64,000 nucleotides of DNA from the human T2T-CHM13v2.0 reference genome, Homo sapiens: NCBI RefSeq assembly GCF_009914755.1, contig NC_060925.1; one strand, given 5' to 3'. Numbering within the stretch: the first letter of the stretch is position 1; each line of letters starts with the position of its first letter. The notes below the pieces were generated by a model that was given only the letters and a program-made list of their open reading frames with translations, was not told where the DNA came from and searched no databases. Made by a program: the position numbers and the translations under genes. Below are positions 30,955 to 47,606 of this stretch, in pieces.

Positions 30955-31436
<482 letters not shown>

Positions 31437-32762
31437 AATTTTATTTTTAATATCTTTATAGTTTTTCTTAGATCACTATATTATAAAAGGTAATATTTCA
31501 AATAGAAAAATGAGATAAAGATGAAGTGTTAACAACTTAAGCTGGTGATGCCAGTACAGGGGTGATTAGACCATCAGCATCATCGTTTTACCTCATGAAA
31601 CTTTTCTGGTATATTAGTTTTTGTGACCTGGTGCAGATACTCCTTACACTATCACTGGGTTCCCCTCTGATTCTTATGGATTTTCAGGGATCTTCTAGGG
31701 TTCTGAGATACCATGACTCTATGGATTTGGATTAAAGTGAAATAGTAACTTATGTGGAGTGCTTCTTTGGAGCCGGATTTAAGGTCAAGTTACTAGATTT
31801 TGATTGAGGCAGTCCTGATTTCCAAGGCCTCAGGTGGGCCTGTTTGAAGGATATCATGGGATGCTCTTTGAACTGCTTGGATGGCTCCAGGCCTCTTTCA
31901 GCCATCTTTGATTCAAAATTAGCCAACGTCATCACTAGGATTGGCTGTTTGGTTGGCTTCTCAGACACACCCCTATCCCCACTATTTTCCCACTAGCTCT
32001 CACTAGCTGCATAAGTAATCTCACATTGGCAAACAAGTATCACATCTCAGTGTTTATTTAAAGGTGGTTGTTTTCCTCTAGATGCAAAGGCTACCAAGGG
32101 AGTGATTGTGATATTGCATTAGACTAGTCCCACACGTGCATAATATAGGTGGCCATATTCATTTAGAGTTGAGAGAGCTTTGCAGAAACAGTTGGCCTGT
32201 CTTTTTCAAAATGCATGACAATTATTGATGATGAGTAATAACCAGGGAAACTTTCCAATTCTTTCTCATGTAGGTTCTTTGAGTTTTAAAAATTACAAGT
32301 GCATTTTTTACATAAGTATTATATAATATCAAAATGACATACATTGCCTTAATTTTTTACTTACCACTATACAGACTTTTTATCAATGTACCTTTTCATT
32401 ATCACTGAAAATTGAATCTTGATTTTATTGAAATATGAAGTCTCTTTTCGAAGTAAGCCAATAAACATATAAAGGAAAACGGTATTTTAAAAATAATTTT
32501 TAATATTTATTGGAATGTTGCAGCTAAGTGAATCCTGTATCTATGAGAATTATAAGGACTTTCATTTACATTTACCTTTTGCTCTATATTCTGTTGATAG
32601 TTTGGGAGAAAATTTATATGGCTTAGCATTTCCTTTAGGTAACTCAGGATGAATGAAATATGTTCTAGAGAATATTCTGGTATTACTAAGCTTTTACTAA
32701 ATTTATTCCATATAAATACGTGGTTTATGGATATGGAATATAAGAAGCATTTTTCCTTTCAG

Positions 32763-32825
32763 AATGAATAAAGCATTTGTTACCTGGAAATTGAATGTTA
32801 AAAGAATTAAGACAGAGAAGAGCAG
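32763..32825 (+). CDS. DNAH14: DNAH14 coding exon (exon 8)
   Basis: ttttcctttcag|A ATG AAT AAA, encodes RMNKAFVTWKLNVKRIKTEKS+AG, donor gtaagt. 63 nt, phase 2-2. Confidence 0.92.
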
Positions 32826-33164
32826 GTAAGTTTTGATACGCAATATATAAAAATTTCAAAAGGAAGCTGTATGTTTTACATGTACTATGGAAGCAGATAT
32901 AATTTCATTTTCATTCAGTGATTAGAAAGTCACATTCCATTGCTTTACGATTAAACTTAACCCATTTTTATTTTTAAAAGACTATTAAACACTGTGTTTT
33001 GCAGTGTACCATTCTATGGTCATAGAACTATGGAAAACCTTGATGAGTTCCCTTGGTCACTTTATCTAACTTCTTGCTTCCAGGAAGAAGAATAATTAAG
33101 TCATTTAAAGTAGACAACAGTAATCTTATTTTGTTAGGATCTCCATCAGCCAAATGTTTTTTAA

Positions 33165-36172
<3,008 letters not shown>

Positions 36173-36184
36173 AAGAATGTTCTT

Positions 36185-36357
36185 ATGATAAATAACAATA
36201 AATCAAGAGGAGGGAAGGAAACTTTTGGAGGTGACAGTTTATGGCATAGATTGTTCACAGATGTATACTTATCTCCACATGCACCAAGTTGTATACATTA
36301 AATAGGTACAGCTTTTTGCGTGTCAATCATACTTCAATTAAATGGTTTTCAAAAAAA
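36185..36357 (+). mobile_element. Short old L1M/HAL1-type 3' tail
   Basis: ggaaacttttggaggtga...gttgtatacattaaata...tcaatcatacttcaattaaa followed by an A-tract. Confidence 0.55.
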
Positions 36358-36367
36358 GAATGCTGTA

Positions 36368-37730
36368 TCTGCGCAGCAAAGGAAATAATCCACAGGGTGA
36401 AGAGACAGCCTGCAGAATGGGAGAAAATATTTGCCAACTGTTCATTCTATAAGGGATTAATATGCAGAATATAAAGGGGACTCAAACAACAGTAAAAAAT
36501 AAATAATCTGATTTAAAAATGGGCAAAGGATTGGAATAGACATTTCTCAAAAGAAGGAATACAAATGGCCAGCAGGTATATGAAAAGATGCCCAACATCC
36601 CCAATCAGGGCAATGCAAGTCAAAACCACAATGAGATATCACCTCACTCCAGATAGAATGGCTGTAATCAAAAAGACAAAAAATAAATGCTGATGAGGAT
36701 ATGGAGAAAAGATAACTCTTATACACTGTTGGTGGGAATGTAAATTAGCACAACCATATGGAAAAACAGTACGGAGGTTTCTCAAAAAACTAAAAATAGA
36801 GCTACCATACAAGCCAACAATCCCACTACTGGGTATTTATGTGAAGAAAGGAAATCCATATATTGAAGAGACACCTGCATTCCCATGTTTACTGCAGCAC
36901 TGTTCACAACAGCCAAGATAGGAATCAATCTAAAAGTCCATCAACAGATGAATGAAGACAATGTATATATACACAAAATAGAATACTATTCAACCAGAAA
37001 AAAAAGATTAAATTCAGTCATTTATGGCAAGATGGATGAGTTTGGAGGACATCATGTTAAGTTAAATAAGTCAGGCATGGAAAGATAAATATTCTTGTTC
37101 TCACTAATATGTGGGAGCTAAAATATTTGAACTCATAGAAGTGGAGAGTAAAACTGTGGTTATTAGATGATGAGAAGGGTGTTGGGGAGGGGAGGATAGA
37201 GAGAGGTTGGTTAACAGATAGATGGGAGGAATAAGTTGTAGTGTTCTATAGCTTTGTAGTAAACAATAATTCATTACATTTTTTCAAATAGTTAGAAGAT
37301 TTTGCATTTTATTCTTATTTCCTTTTTTTAGAGACAGAGTCTCACTCTTGCCCAGGCGGCAGTACAGTTGTGTGATCATAGCTCACTACAGCCTCAAACT
37401 CCTGGGCTGAAGCAGTTCTCCCACCTCAGCCTCCTGAATACCTGGGGCTACAGGCATGCACCACCATGCCCAGCTATTTTTTATTTTTATTTTGTAGAGA
37501 TGGGGACTCACTATGTTGCCCAGGCTGGTCACCAACTCCTGGCTTCAAGTAGTCCTCCCACTTTAGCCTCCCGAAGTACTGGGATTACAGGCAATGGTCA
37601 CTGTGGCTGACCCTTAAAAAAGAGGATATTGAATGTTATCAAGTCAAAGAAATGATAAAGGTTTGAGGTGATGAATATGCTAATTACCCTGATTTACTAA
37701 CACATTGTGTACATTTATTAAAATATCACA
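36368..37730 (+). mobile_element. L1MA4/5-like 3' fragment, split by AluJ
   Basis: ORF2 C-terminal remnants and 3'UTR (gaactcatagaagtggagagt, aaagaaatgataaaggtttgaggtgatg). Confidence 0.78.
37307..37612 (-). mobile_element. AluJ
   Basis: J diagnostics gatcatagctcactacagcctcaaactcctgggct and tcactatgttgcccaggctgg. Confidence 0.85.
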
Positions 37731-39514
37731 ATTATTTGGATTAGGGGTGGGGCAAGATGGCAGAATAGAATCCTTCACTGATCATACCTCCTGCAGGAAC
37801 ACCAAATGTTCCTTCATAAAAAAAGCATCTTCATAACCAAAACTCAGGTGAGCAACCACAGTACCTGGTTTTAACTTCATATTGCTGAAAGAGGCACTGA
37901 AGAGGGAAGGAAACAGTCTTGAATCACTGATGGCATCTTTCTCCCATGCCATGGCAGTGGCTGTGTGGTGTGGAGAGATAATCTGAGCACTTAGAGGAGG
38001 GAGAGTGCAGTGCTTGTGGGACTGTTCATTGAACTCAGTGCTGCCCTGTCACAGCAGAAATCAAAACCCAGCCGAACTCAACTGACAGCCACCCACAGAG
38101 GGAGAATTTAGACCAGTTCTAGCCAGATTGGAATCGCCCATCCCAGTGGTTGGAACTTGAGTTCCAGCAAGCCTTGCCACTGCAGACTAAAGAGCTATGT
38201 GGTCCTAAATAAACTTGAAAGGCAGTATAGGCCACAAGGACCACAATTCTTGAACAAGTCCTAGTGCTGTTTTGAGCTTGGAACCAATGGATGTGGGGGG
38301 CACCCAACCTAGTGAGACATCAGCTGGAAAGGCTAAGAGAGTGCTTGCACCTACCTCCGCTAACCCCAGGCAGCACACCTCACAGCAAAGAAAGTGGCTC
38401 CTTCCTTCTGTTGAGGAGAGGAGAGGTAAGACTAAAGAGGACTTTGACTTTGTCTTGCATCTTGGAGACCAACTCAGCCACAGTAGGAGAGGGTACCAGG
38501 CAGAGTCATGAGGTCTCCATTCCAGGTCCTAGATCCCAGACATTTATAGACATACCCTGGACTAGAAGGGAACCCACTGCTGTGAAGGGAAGGACCCAGT
38601 TCTGGCAAGATTCATAATCTGCTGACTAAAGAGCCCTTGGGCCCTGAATGACCACCAGTGTTAACCAGGTAGTACACTATGGCCTTGGGTGAGACTCAAA
38701 CATGCTGGCTTCAGGTGAGACCCAGCACATTCACAGCTGTGGTGGCTATAGTGAGACTCCTTCTGCTTAAGAAAAGCAGAGGGAAAAGTAAAGGGGATTT
38801 TGTCTTGCACCTTAGGTACTATCTTGGCCACAGTGGGATGGAATACCAAGTAGACTCTTGGTGTCCCCGATTCCAAGCCGTGGTTCTTGGATGGCATTTC
38901 TGGACCTGCACTGGGACAGAGGAGAGCACACTGCCCTGAAGGGTGAGTCCCAAACCTGGCAACGTTCACCACAAGCTGACTGAAAAGCCCTTGGTGAACA
39001 TCAGTGGTAGCCTGGAAGGTACTCCCTATGGGCCTGTGGTGGTGGTGGCCACGGGGATTTCCTCTGCCTGTGGAGAGAGGAAGGAAGAATGGGAAGGACT
39101 TTGTCTTGTGGTTTGAGAGCCAGCTCAGTTGCGGTAGTATAGAGTGTCACATCAATTTCTAAGGTTTTGGACTCCAATCCGTGGCTCCCAGACAGCATCT
39201 CTGGACCTATCCAGGGCCTGGGGGATCTCACTGCCATTAAGGGAAGGATGCAAGCCTGGCAGGCTTTGCCACCTGCTGATTGTGGAGCCCTAGGTTCTTG
39301 AGTGAACATAGGCAGTAGCCAGGTAGTGGTTACAAGGCTTTGGTGAGACTCAGGCCTGTTGGCTTCAGGTTTAACCAGAAGGACACAAGCCTGGCTGGCT
39401 TTGCCAACTACTGATTGAAGAGTCTTAGGTCCTTGAGTGAACATACATCCGACCCAGTGCAATCACAGTGGTGGTGGCCACAGTGGGGCTTGTGTCACCC
39501 CACCCCCAGCTCCA

Positions 39515-39677
39515 TGTGGGGGGCTATGGGAGGGATAGCATTAGGAGAAATACCTCATGTAGATGACAGGTTGATGGGTGCAGCAAACCACCATGGCACG
39601 TGTATACCTATGTAACAAACCTGCACGTTCTGCACATGTATCCCAGAACTTAAAGTATAATTAAAAAATAAAATAAA
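39515..39677 (+). mobile_element. L1PA7-like extreme 3' fragment
   Basis: gggagggatagcattaggagaaatacc...gtatcccagaacttaaagtataa followed by an A tail. Confidence 0.82.
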
Positions 39678-39688
39678 TAGCTGTATTG

Positions 39689-42600
39689 GATTTTGTCTAA
39701 TGCTTTTTCTGCATCTATTGAGATGATCATGTGTATTCTGTTTATGTGGTGAATCACATTTATTGACTTGGATATGTTAAACCATCCCTGCATCCCTGGT
39801 ATGAAACCCACTTGATCATGGTGGATTATCTGTTTGATATGTTGTTGGATTCAGTTAGCTAGTATATTGTTAAAGATTCTAGCATCTCTGTTCATCAAGG
39901 ATATCAGTCTGTAGTTTTCTTTTTTGGTTGTGTCCTTTCTTGGTTTTGGAATTAGGGTGATGCTGGCTTCATAGAATGAATTAGGGAGGGTTCCTTCTTT
40001 CCCTATCTTGTGGAATAGTGTCAAAAGGATTGGTATCAATTATTCTTTTAATGTCTGGTAGCATTCTGCTGTGAATCTGTCTGGTCCTGGACTTTTTTTT
40101 TGCTGGTAATTTTAAATTACCATTTCAATCTCGCTGCTTGTTATTGGTCTGTTCAGGGTATCTAATTCTTCCTGATTTAAGCTAGAAGGGTTGTATTTTT
40201 CCAGGAATTTATCCATTTCTTCTAGGTTTTCTAGTTTCTATGCGTAAAGGTATTCATAGTAGCCTTGAATGATCTTTTGTATTTCAGTGGTGTCAGTTGT
40301 AATATCTCCTGTTTCGTTTCTCAGTGAGGTTATTTGGATTTTCTTTCTTCTTTTCTTGGTTAAACTTGCTAATGGTCTATCAATCTTATTTATCTTTTCA
40401 AAGAACCAGCTTTTTGTTTCATTTATCTTTTGTATTTTTGGTTGGTTTGTTTCACTTTCGTTTAGTTCTGCTCTGATCTTGGTTTTTCCTTTCTTCTGCT
40501 GGTGTTGGGATTCATGCAGGATTGTGGCAGAAATATTAAAGGGAAATATTAGGGAAAGTTATAGGGAATAGTCACAAACCTTTTGGAAGGCCGAAAGGTT
40601 ACATAACTTATAATAATTGAACAGGCTGAAGGCAGCCGGTTTTTACCTTAGAGCATTAGGTCATAGGGTAAATACTAGGGACAATAGAGGCTTCCCCAGT
40701 TAAGTCTGTTTACCCTACCTCCATTAACTAACCTTTGAGACAAATGGCCCTCTCAGGGGGAGGTCAACTAGGGATATTGCCCCCTACTGGTGTTTACTTT
40801 AGACCACCAGTACCTGAGCTTTAATCATTCCTAGAACTACTCTCTTAACCATGTTAATTATCCACAAGTGTATTGACTCAGAGCTTCTGTTGTTATTTGT
40901 ATACTAAGTAAATGCCTAGAGTGCAAGCTGCTCAGGGCTGGCTGCAGTGTCAAACCTCTCTTGGTGTGCAGGCAGTCTGACACTCAGCTGGACTGGCAAA
41001 GCAGAATATCTGTGTGTCAGTGTACATTTTATTCATCCGTCATTTGGGTCAGGGTCTGCTAATGCACTCTTGTGAGGAGCAATACCCAACTGGTGCCACG
41101 TGTGAGGAAAAATACAACAACTGATGCTCCGTGTGAGGAAAAATACAACATGCTGGGTTTGGGTTTGGTTTGTTCTTGTTTCTCTAGTTCCTTGAGGCGT
41201 GACCTTAGACGGTCTGTTTGTGCTCTTTCAGACTTTTTGATGTAGTCATTTAGGGCTACAAACCTTCCTCTTAGTACCACCTTAGCTGTACCCCAGAGGT
41301 TTTGATAGGTTGTGTTATTATCGTCATTCAGTTTGAAGAATTTTTAAATTTTCATCTTGATTTCATTTTTGATCCAGTGCTCATTCAAGACCAGGTTATT
41401 TAATTTCCATGTATTTGCATGATATTCCATGTATTTGCATGATTTTGGAGTTGATTTCCAGTTTTATTCCACTGTGGTCTGAGAAAGTGGTTGATACAAT
41501 TTCAGTTTTCTTAAATTTATTGAGGCTTGTTTTATGGCCTATCATATGGTCTATCTTGGAGAAAGTTCCATGGGCTGTTGAATAGAATGTGTGTTCTGCA
41601 GTTGTTGAATGAAATATTCTGTATATATCTGATAAGTCCATTTGTTCCGAGGTACAGTTTAAATCCATTATTTCTTTGTTGACTTTCTGTTTTGATTACC
41701 TGTCTAGTGCTGTCAGTGGAGTATTGAAGTCCCCCACTATTATTGTGTTGCTGTCTATCTCATTTCTTAGGTCTATTAGTAATTGTTTTATAAACTTGCA
41801 AGCTCCAGTGTTAGGTGCATATATGTTTATGATTGTGATATTTTCCTGTTAGACAAGGCCTTTTACCATTATATAATGTCTCTGTCTCTTTTAACCGCTG
41901 TTGCTTTAAAGTTTGTTTTGTCTGATATAAGAATAGCTACCCCTGCTTGCTTTTGGTGACCATTTGCGTGAAATGCCTTTTTCCACCCCTTTACTTTAAG
42001 TTTATGTTAGTCCTTACATGTTAGGTGAGGTTATGATCAAAACCCTCAGCAAAATCGGCATACAGGGATATACCTTAATGTAATAAAAGCCGTCTATGAC
42101 AAACCCACAGCCAACATAATACTGAATGGGAAAAAGTTGAAAGCACTGAGAACGGGAACAAGACAAGGATGCCCACTCTCATCACTCCTCTCCAACATAG
42201 TACTGGAAGTCTTAGCCAGAGCAGTCCAACAAGAGAAGGAGATAAAGGGCATCCAAATTGGTAAAGAGGAAGTCAAACTGTCCCTGTTTGCTGACAATAT
42301 GACCGTTTACCTTGAAAACCCTTAGTACTCCTCCAGAAAGCTCCTAGCACTGATAAAAGTATTCAGCAAAGTTTCCAGATACAATATTAATGTACACAAA
42401 TCAGTAGCTCTTCTGTACACCAGCAGTGACCAAGCAGAGAATCAAATCAAGAACTCAACCCCTTTTACAATAGCTGAAAAGAAATACTTATGAATATACC
42501 TAACAAAGGAGTCAAAAGACCCCTACAAGGAAGACTACAAAACACTGCTAAAAGAAATCACAGATGACACAAACAAATGGAAACACATCCCATGCTCATG

Positions 42601-44300
42601 GATGAGTAGAATCAATATTGTGAAAATGACCATACTGCCAAAAGCAATCTACAAATTCAACCCAATCCCCACCAAAATACCATCATAATTCTTCACAGAG
42701 TTAGGAAAAACAATTCTAAAATTCATATGGAACCAAAAAAGAGTCTGCATAGCCAAAGCAAGACTAAGCAAAAAGAACAAATCTGGAGGCATCACACTGC
42801 CTGATTTCAAACTATATCACAAGGCCATAGTCTCCAAAACAGCATGGTACTGGTATAAAAATAGGCACATAGACCAATGAAACAGAAGAGAGAACCCAGA
42901 AATAAACCTGAATACTTACAGTCAACTGATCTTTGACAAAGCAAACAAAAACATAAAGTGGGAAAGGACTCCCTTTTTAACAAATGGTGCTGGGATAATT
43001 GGCTAGCCACATGTAGGAGAATGAAACTGGATCCTCATCTCTCACCTTATACAAAAATCAACTGAAGATGGATTAAGGACTTAAACCTAATACCTGAAAC
43101 TATAAAAATTCCAGAAGATAACATTGGAAAAACCTTTCTAGACACTGGCTTAGGCAAGGATTTCATGACCAAAAACGCAAAAACAATTGCAATAAAAACA
43201 AAGATAAATAGGGGGGACTTAATTAAACTAAAGAGCTCTTGCACTGCAAAAGGAATAGTCAGCAGAGTAAACAGACAATCCACAGAGTGGGAGAAAATCT
43301 TTACAATCTATACATCTGAGAAAGGACTAATATCCAGAATCTACAATGAACTCAAACAAATCAGTAAGAAAAAACAATCCCATCAAAAGTGGGCTGACAA
43401 AGGACTAATATCCAGAATCTACAATGAATTCCAACAAATCAGTAAGAGAAAAAACAATCCCATAAAAAAGTGGGCTAAGGACATAAATAGAAAATTCTCA
43501 AAATAAGATATACAAATGGCTAACAAACACATGAAAAAATGCTCAACATCACTAATGATCAGGGAAATGCAAATCAAAACCACAATGCGATACCTTACTC
43601 CTGTAAGAATGCCCACAATCAAAAAATCAAAAAATAATAGATGTTGGCATGGATGCAGCAATCAGGGAACACTTCGACACTGCTGGTGGGAATGTAAACT
43701 AGTACGGCTGCTATGGAAAACAGCGTGGAGATTCCTTAAAGAACTAAAAGTAGAACTACCAATTTGATCCAGCAATCCCACTACTGGGTATCTACCTAGA
43801 GGAAAAGAAGTTATTATTCGAAAAAGATACTTGCACATGCATGTTTATAGCAGCACAATTCACAATAGCAAAATCGTGGAACCAACCCAAATGCCCATCA
43901 AACAATAGGCATGTAAAGAAACCCTGGTATATATATGATGGAATACTACTCAGCCATAAAAAGGAATGAATTAACAGCATTTGCAATGACCTGGATGAGA
44001 TTAGAGACTATTATTCTAAGTGAAGTAACTCAGGAATGGAAAACTAAACATGGTATGTTCTCACTGATATATGGGAGCTAAGCTATGAGGACACAAAAGC
44101 ATAAGAATGATACAATGGACTTTGGGGACTTGTGGGGGAAGAGCTGGGTGGGGGTGAGGGGTAAAAGACAACAAATATGGTGCAGTGTATACTGCTCAGG
44201 CAATGGGTGCACCAGGTTCTCACAGATCTCCACTAAAGAATTTACTCGTAACCAGATACCACCTGTACCCCAATAACTTATCAAAACATAGAATTAAGAA
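39689..44300 (+). mobile_element. L1PB1-like 5'-inverted (twin-primed) insertion
   Basis: Antisense 39689-~42029, sense ~42031-44300 with an L1PB 3'UTR (gggagctaagctatgaggacacaaaagcataagaatgatacaatggac). 14-bp TSD aaatagctgtattg (39675-39688, 44301-44314). Confidence 0.88.
40503..41150 (+). mobile_element. Solo LTR of beta-like (HERV-K) type, probably LTR22/HML-5 family
   Basis: TG...CA termini and a 6-bp TSD tgctgg (40497-40502, 41151-41156) inside the L1PB. Motifs cacaaaccttttggaaggccg and gcagaatatctgtgtgtcagtgtac resemble LTR22 as I recall it. Confidence 0.75.
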
Positions 44301-45769
44301 AAATAGCTGTATTGAGGAAGCTCAAAGAAATTCAAGATAACACAGAGAAGGAATTAAGCAACCAGATAAATTTAACAACAAATTGAAATAATCAAAAAGA
44401 AGCAGAAATTCTGGAGATGAAAAATGCAGTTGATCTACTGAAGAATGCATGAGTCTCTTAATAGCAGAATTAATCAAGCAGAAGAAAGAATTGGTGAGCT
44501 TGAAGACAGGCTATTTGAAAATACACAGAGAAGATTAAAAAAGAATAAAAAAAAATGAAGCATGCCTACAAGATCTAGAAAATAGCCTCAAAAGGGTGAA
44601 TCTAAGAGTTATTGGCCTTAAAAAAGAAGTTAAAAAAGAGCTGGGGTAGAAAGTTTATTCAAAGGAATAATAACAGAGAACTTCCCAAACCTAGGGAAAG
44701 ATATCAATATTCAAGTACAAGAAGGTTATAGAACACCAAGGAGATATAACCCAAAGCACACCTGAAAATACCAGTAACAAGTAAGAAGATCAAAGCTGTA
44801 ATAAAAAAAAGTCTCTCAGCAAAGAAAACCTTAGGACCTGATGGCTTCTTCTGAATTTTGCAAACATTTAAGGAAGAACTATAGCAATCCTACTCAAACT
44901 ATTCTGACAAATAGAGTATTTGGGAATATTTCCAGACTCATTGTATGAGGACAGTATTACCCTGATACCAAAACCAGACAAAGGCTTATTAAAAAAAAAA
45001 AAAAAAAAAAGAAAACTACAGGCCAATATCCCTAAAAAAAAATGATGCAAAAATCCTCAACAAAGTACTAGCAAACTAAATTCAACAGCATATTAAAAAG
45101 TTTATTCATCATGACCAAATGGAATCTATCCCGGGGATGCAAGGATAGTTCAACATATCAACATTTGTATTTGCAACATTTGCATATTGATTGATATGCA
45201 AAGCAATCAATGTGAAACATTATATCAACAGAATGAAGGACAAAAACCATATGATCATTTCAATGGATGCTGAAAAAGGATTTGATAAAATCCAACATCC
45301 TTTCATGACAAAAATTCCTAAAAACTGGCTATAAAATGGAACATACCTCAACATAATAAAAGCCATGTATGACAGATTCACAGCTAGCATTGTTGTACTG
45401 AATGTGGAAAAGTTGGAAGTCTTTCCTCTAAGATATGGAATACAACAAAGATGCCCATTTTCACCACTGCTATTCAAACTAGTACTGGAAGTCCTAGCTG
45501 GAGTACTCAGACAAGAGAAAGAAATAAAGGCCATCCAAATTGGAAAGTAAAATATCAAATGATCCTTGTTTGCAGATGATATGATCTTGTATTTGGAAAA
45601 ACCTAAGGACTCCACTAAAAATCTATTTGAATTAATAAACAAATTCAGTAATGTTACAGGATACAAAATGAACATACAAAAATCAGTAGTATTTCTATAT
45701 GCCAACAGCAAATAATCTGAAAAAGAAATCCAGAAAGTAGTCCCATTTACAATAGCTACAAGTATATGT

Positions 45770-45829
45770 GGAGAGAGAGGAGAGAGAGAAAGAGACAGAG
45801 ACAGAGACAGAGACAGAGACAGAGACAGA
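45770..45829. repeat. (GA)n/(GAGACA)n microsatellite
   Basis: gagagagaggagagagagaaagagacagagacagagacagagacagagacagagacagac. Confidence 0.9.
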
Positions 45830-46295
45830 CCTGAGACCTGTAGTTGGTAAACTAGAGTCCCAGGAGATGTGATGGTATAGTATAGTTCCCCTTCTAGTCT
45901 GAGTCCAAAGGCCTAAAAACCAAGAGAGAGAGTGATTTAAGTTCCAGTCCAAGTTCAAATCCAACAACAGGAGAAAGCCAGTGTCTCAGCTTGAGGATGG
46001 GAAGAGAGAGACAGAATTATCTCTTACTCTGCATTTTTGTTTTATTCAGGCCACAATGGATTGGATGAGGCCTGTCTCAGTTCATTTTGTATTGCTATAG
46101 CAAATACTACGGACTGGATCATTTATGGAGAAAAAGAAGCATATTTGTCTTACGGGTCTGGAGGGCTGGGAAGTTTAAGAACTTGACAACTGGCATCCGT
46201 TTAGGGCCTTTGTACTGGGTCGTTCCATGGAAGAAGGTAGAAGGCAGAAGGGCAAGCAAACAAGCTTGTGAGACAGAGGAAATCAGGTTGAATTC

Positions 46296-46583
46296 TTTTA
46301 TTTTATTTTAGTTATTGAGATGGAGTCTTGCACTGTCACCCGGGCTGGTGTGCAGTGGTGCAATCTCAGCTTGCTGCAACCTCTGCCTCCCGGGTTCAAG
46401 TGATTCCCCTGCCTCAGCTTCCTGAATAGCTAGGATTACAGGCGCCCGCCACCATGCCCAGCTAATTTTTTGTATTTTTAGTAGAGATGAGGTTTCACTA
46501 TGTTGGCCAGGCTGGTCTCGAACTCCTGACCTCATGATCCACCTCCCTTGGCTTCCCAAAGTGCTAGGATTACAGGTGTGAGC
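46296..46583 (-). mobile_element. AluS (Sg-like) lacking its first ~13 nt, fused to an L1 3' end
   Basis: The Alu ends at gattacaggtgtgagc and is followed directly by the L1 sequence taagttctggggtacatg. Confidence 0.88.

Positions 46584-47606
<1,023 letters not shown>

Larger units (their letters stand above)
37744..45760 (+). mobile_element. Fragmented L1MA/L1M1-type element: 5'UTR 37744-39514, ORF1 remnant 44301-44760, ORF2 remnant 44761-45760
   Basis: Starts ggggtggggcaagatggcagaatag with an internally repetitive 5'UTR. ORF1 and RT-like remnants ([22 protein letters not shown]) follow the nested insertions. Confidence 0.72.

Noticed and set aside
32767-32772. AATAAA within exon 8 as a poly(A) signal
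   Set aside because: It encodes Asn-Lys in frame, lies next to a strong donor, and is a common hexamer in AT-rich DNA. The sequence gives no evidence of use.
38119-39462. Cluster of 100-150 aa ORFs and internal repeats
   Set aside because: This is the GC-richer repetitive 5'UTR of an old L1. There is no splice-phase or protein-family support.
41060-41150. Short ~31-nt periodic repeat as a CRISPR-like array
   Set aside because: There are no unique spacers, it is eukaryotic DNA, and it lies inside a TSD-flanked LTR. It is better explained as PBS duplication.
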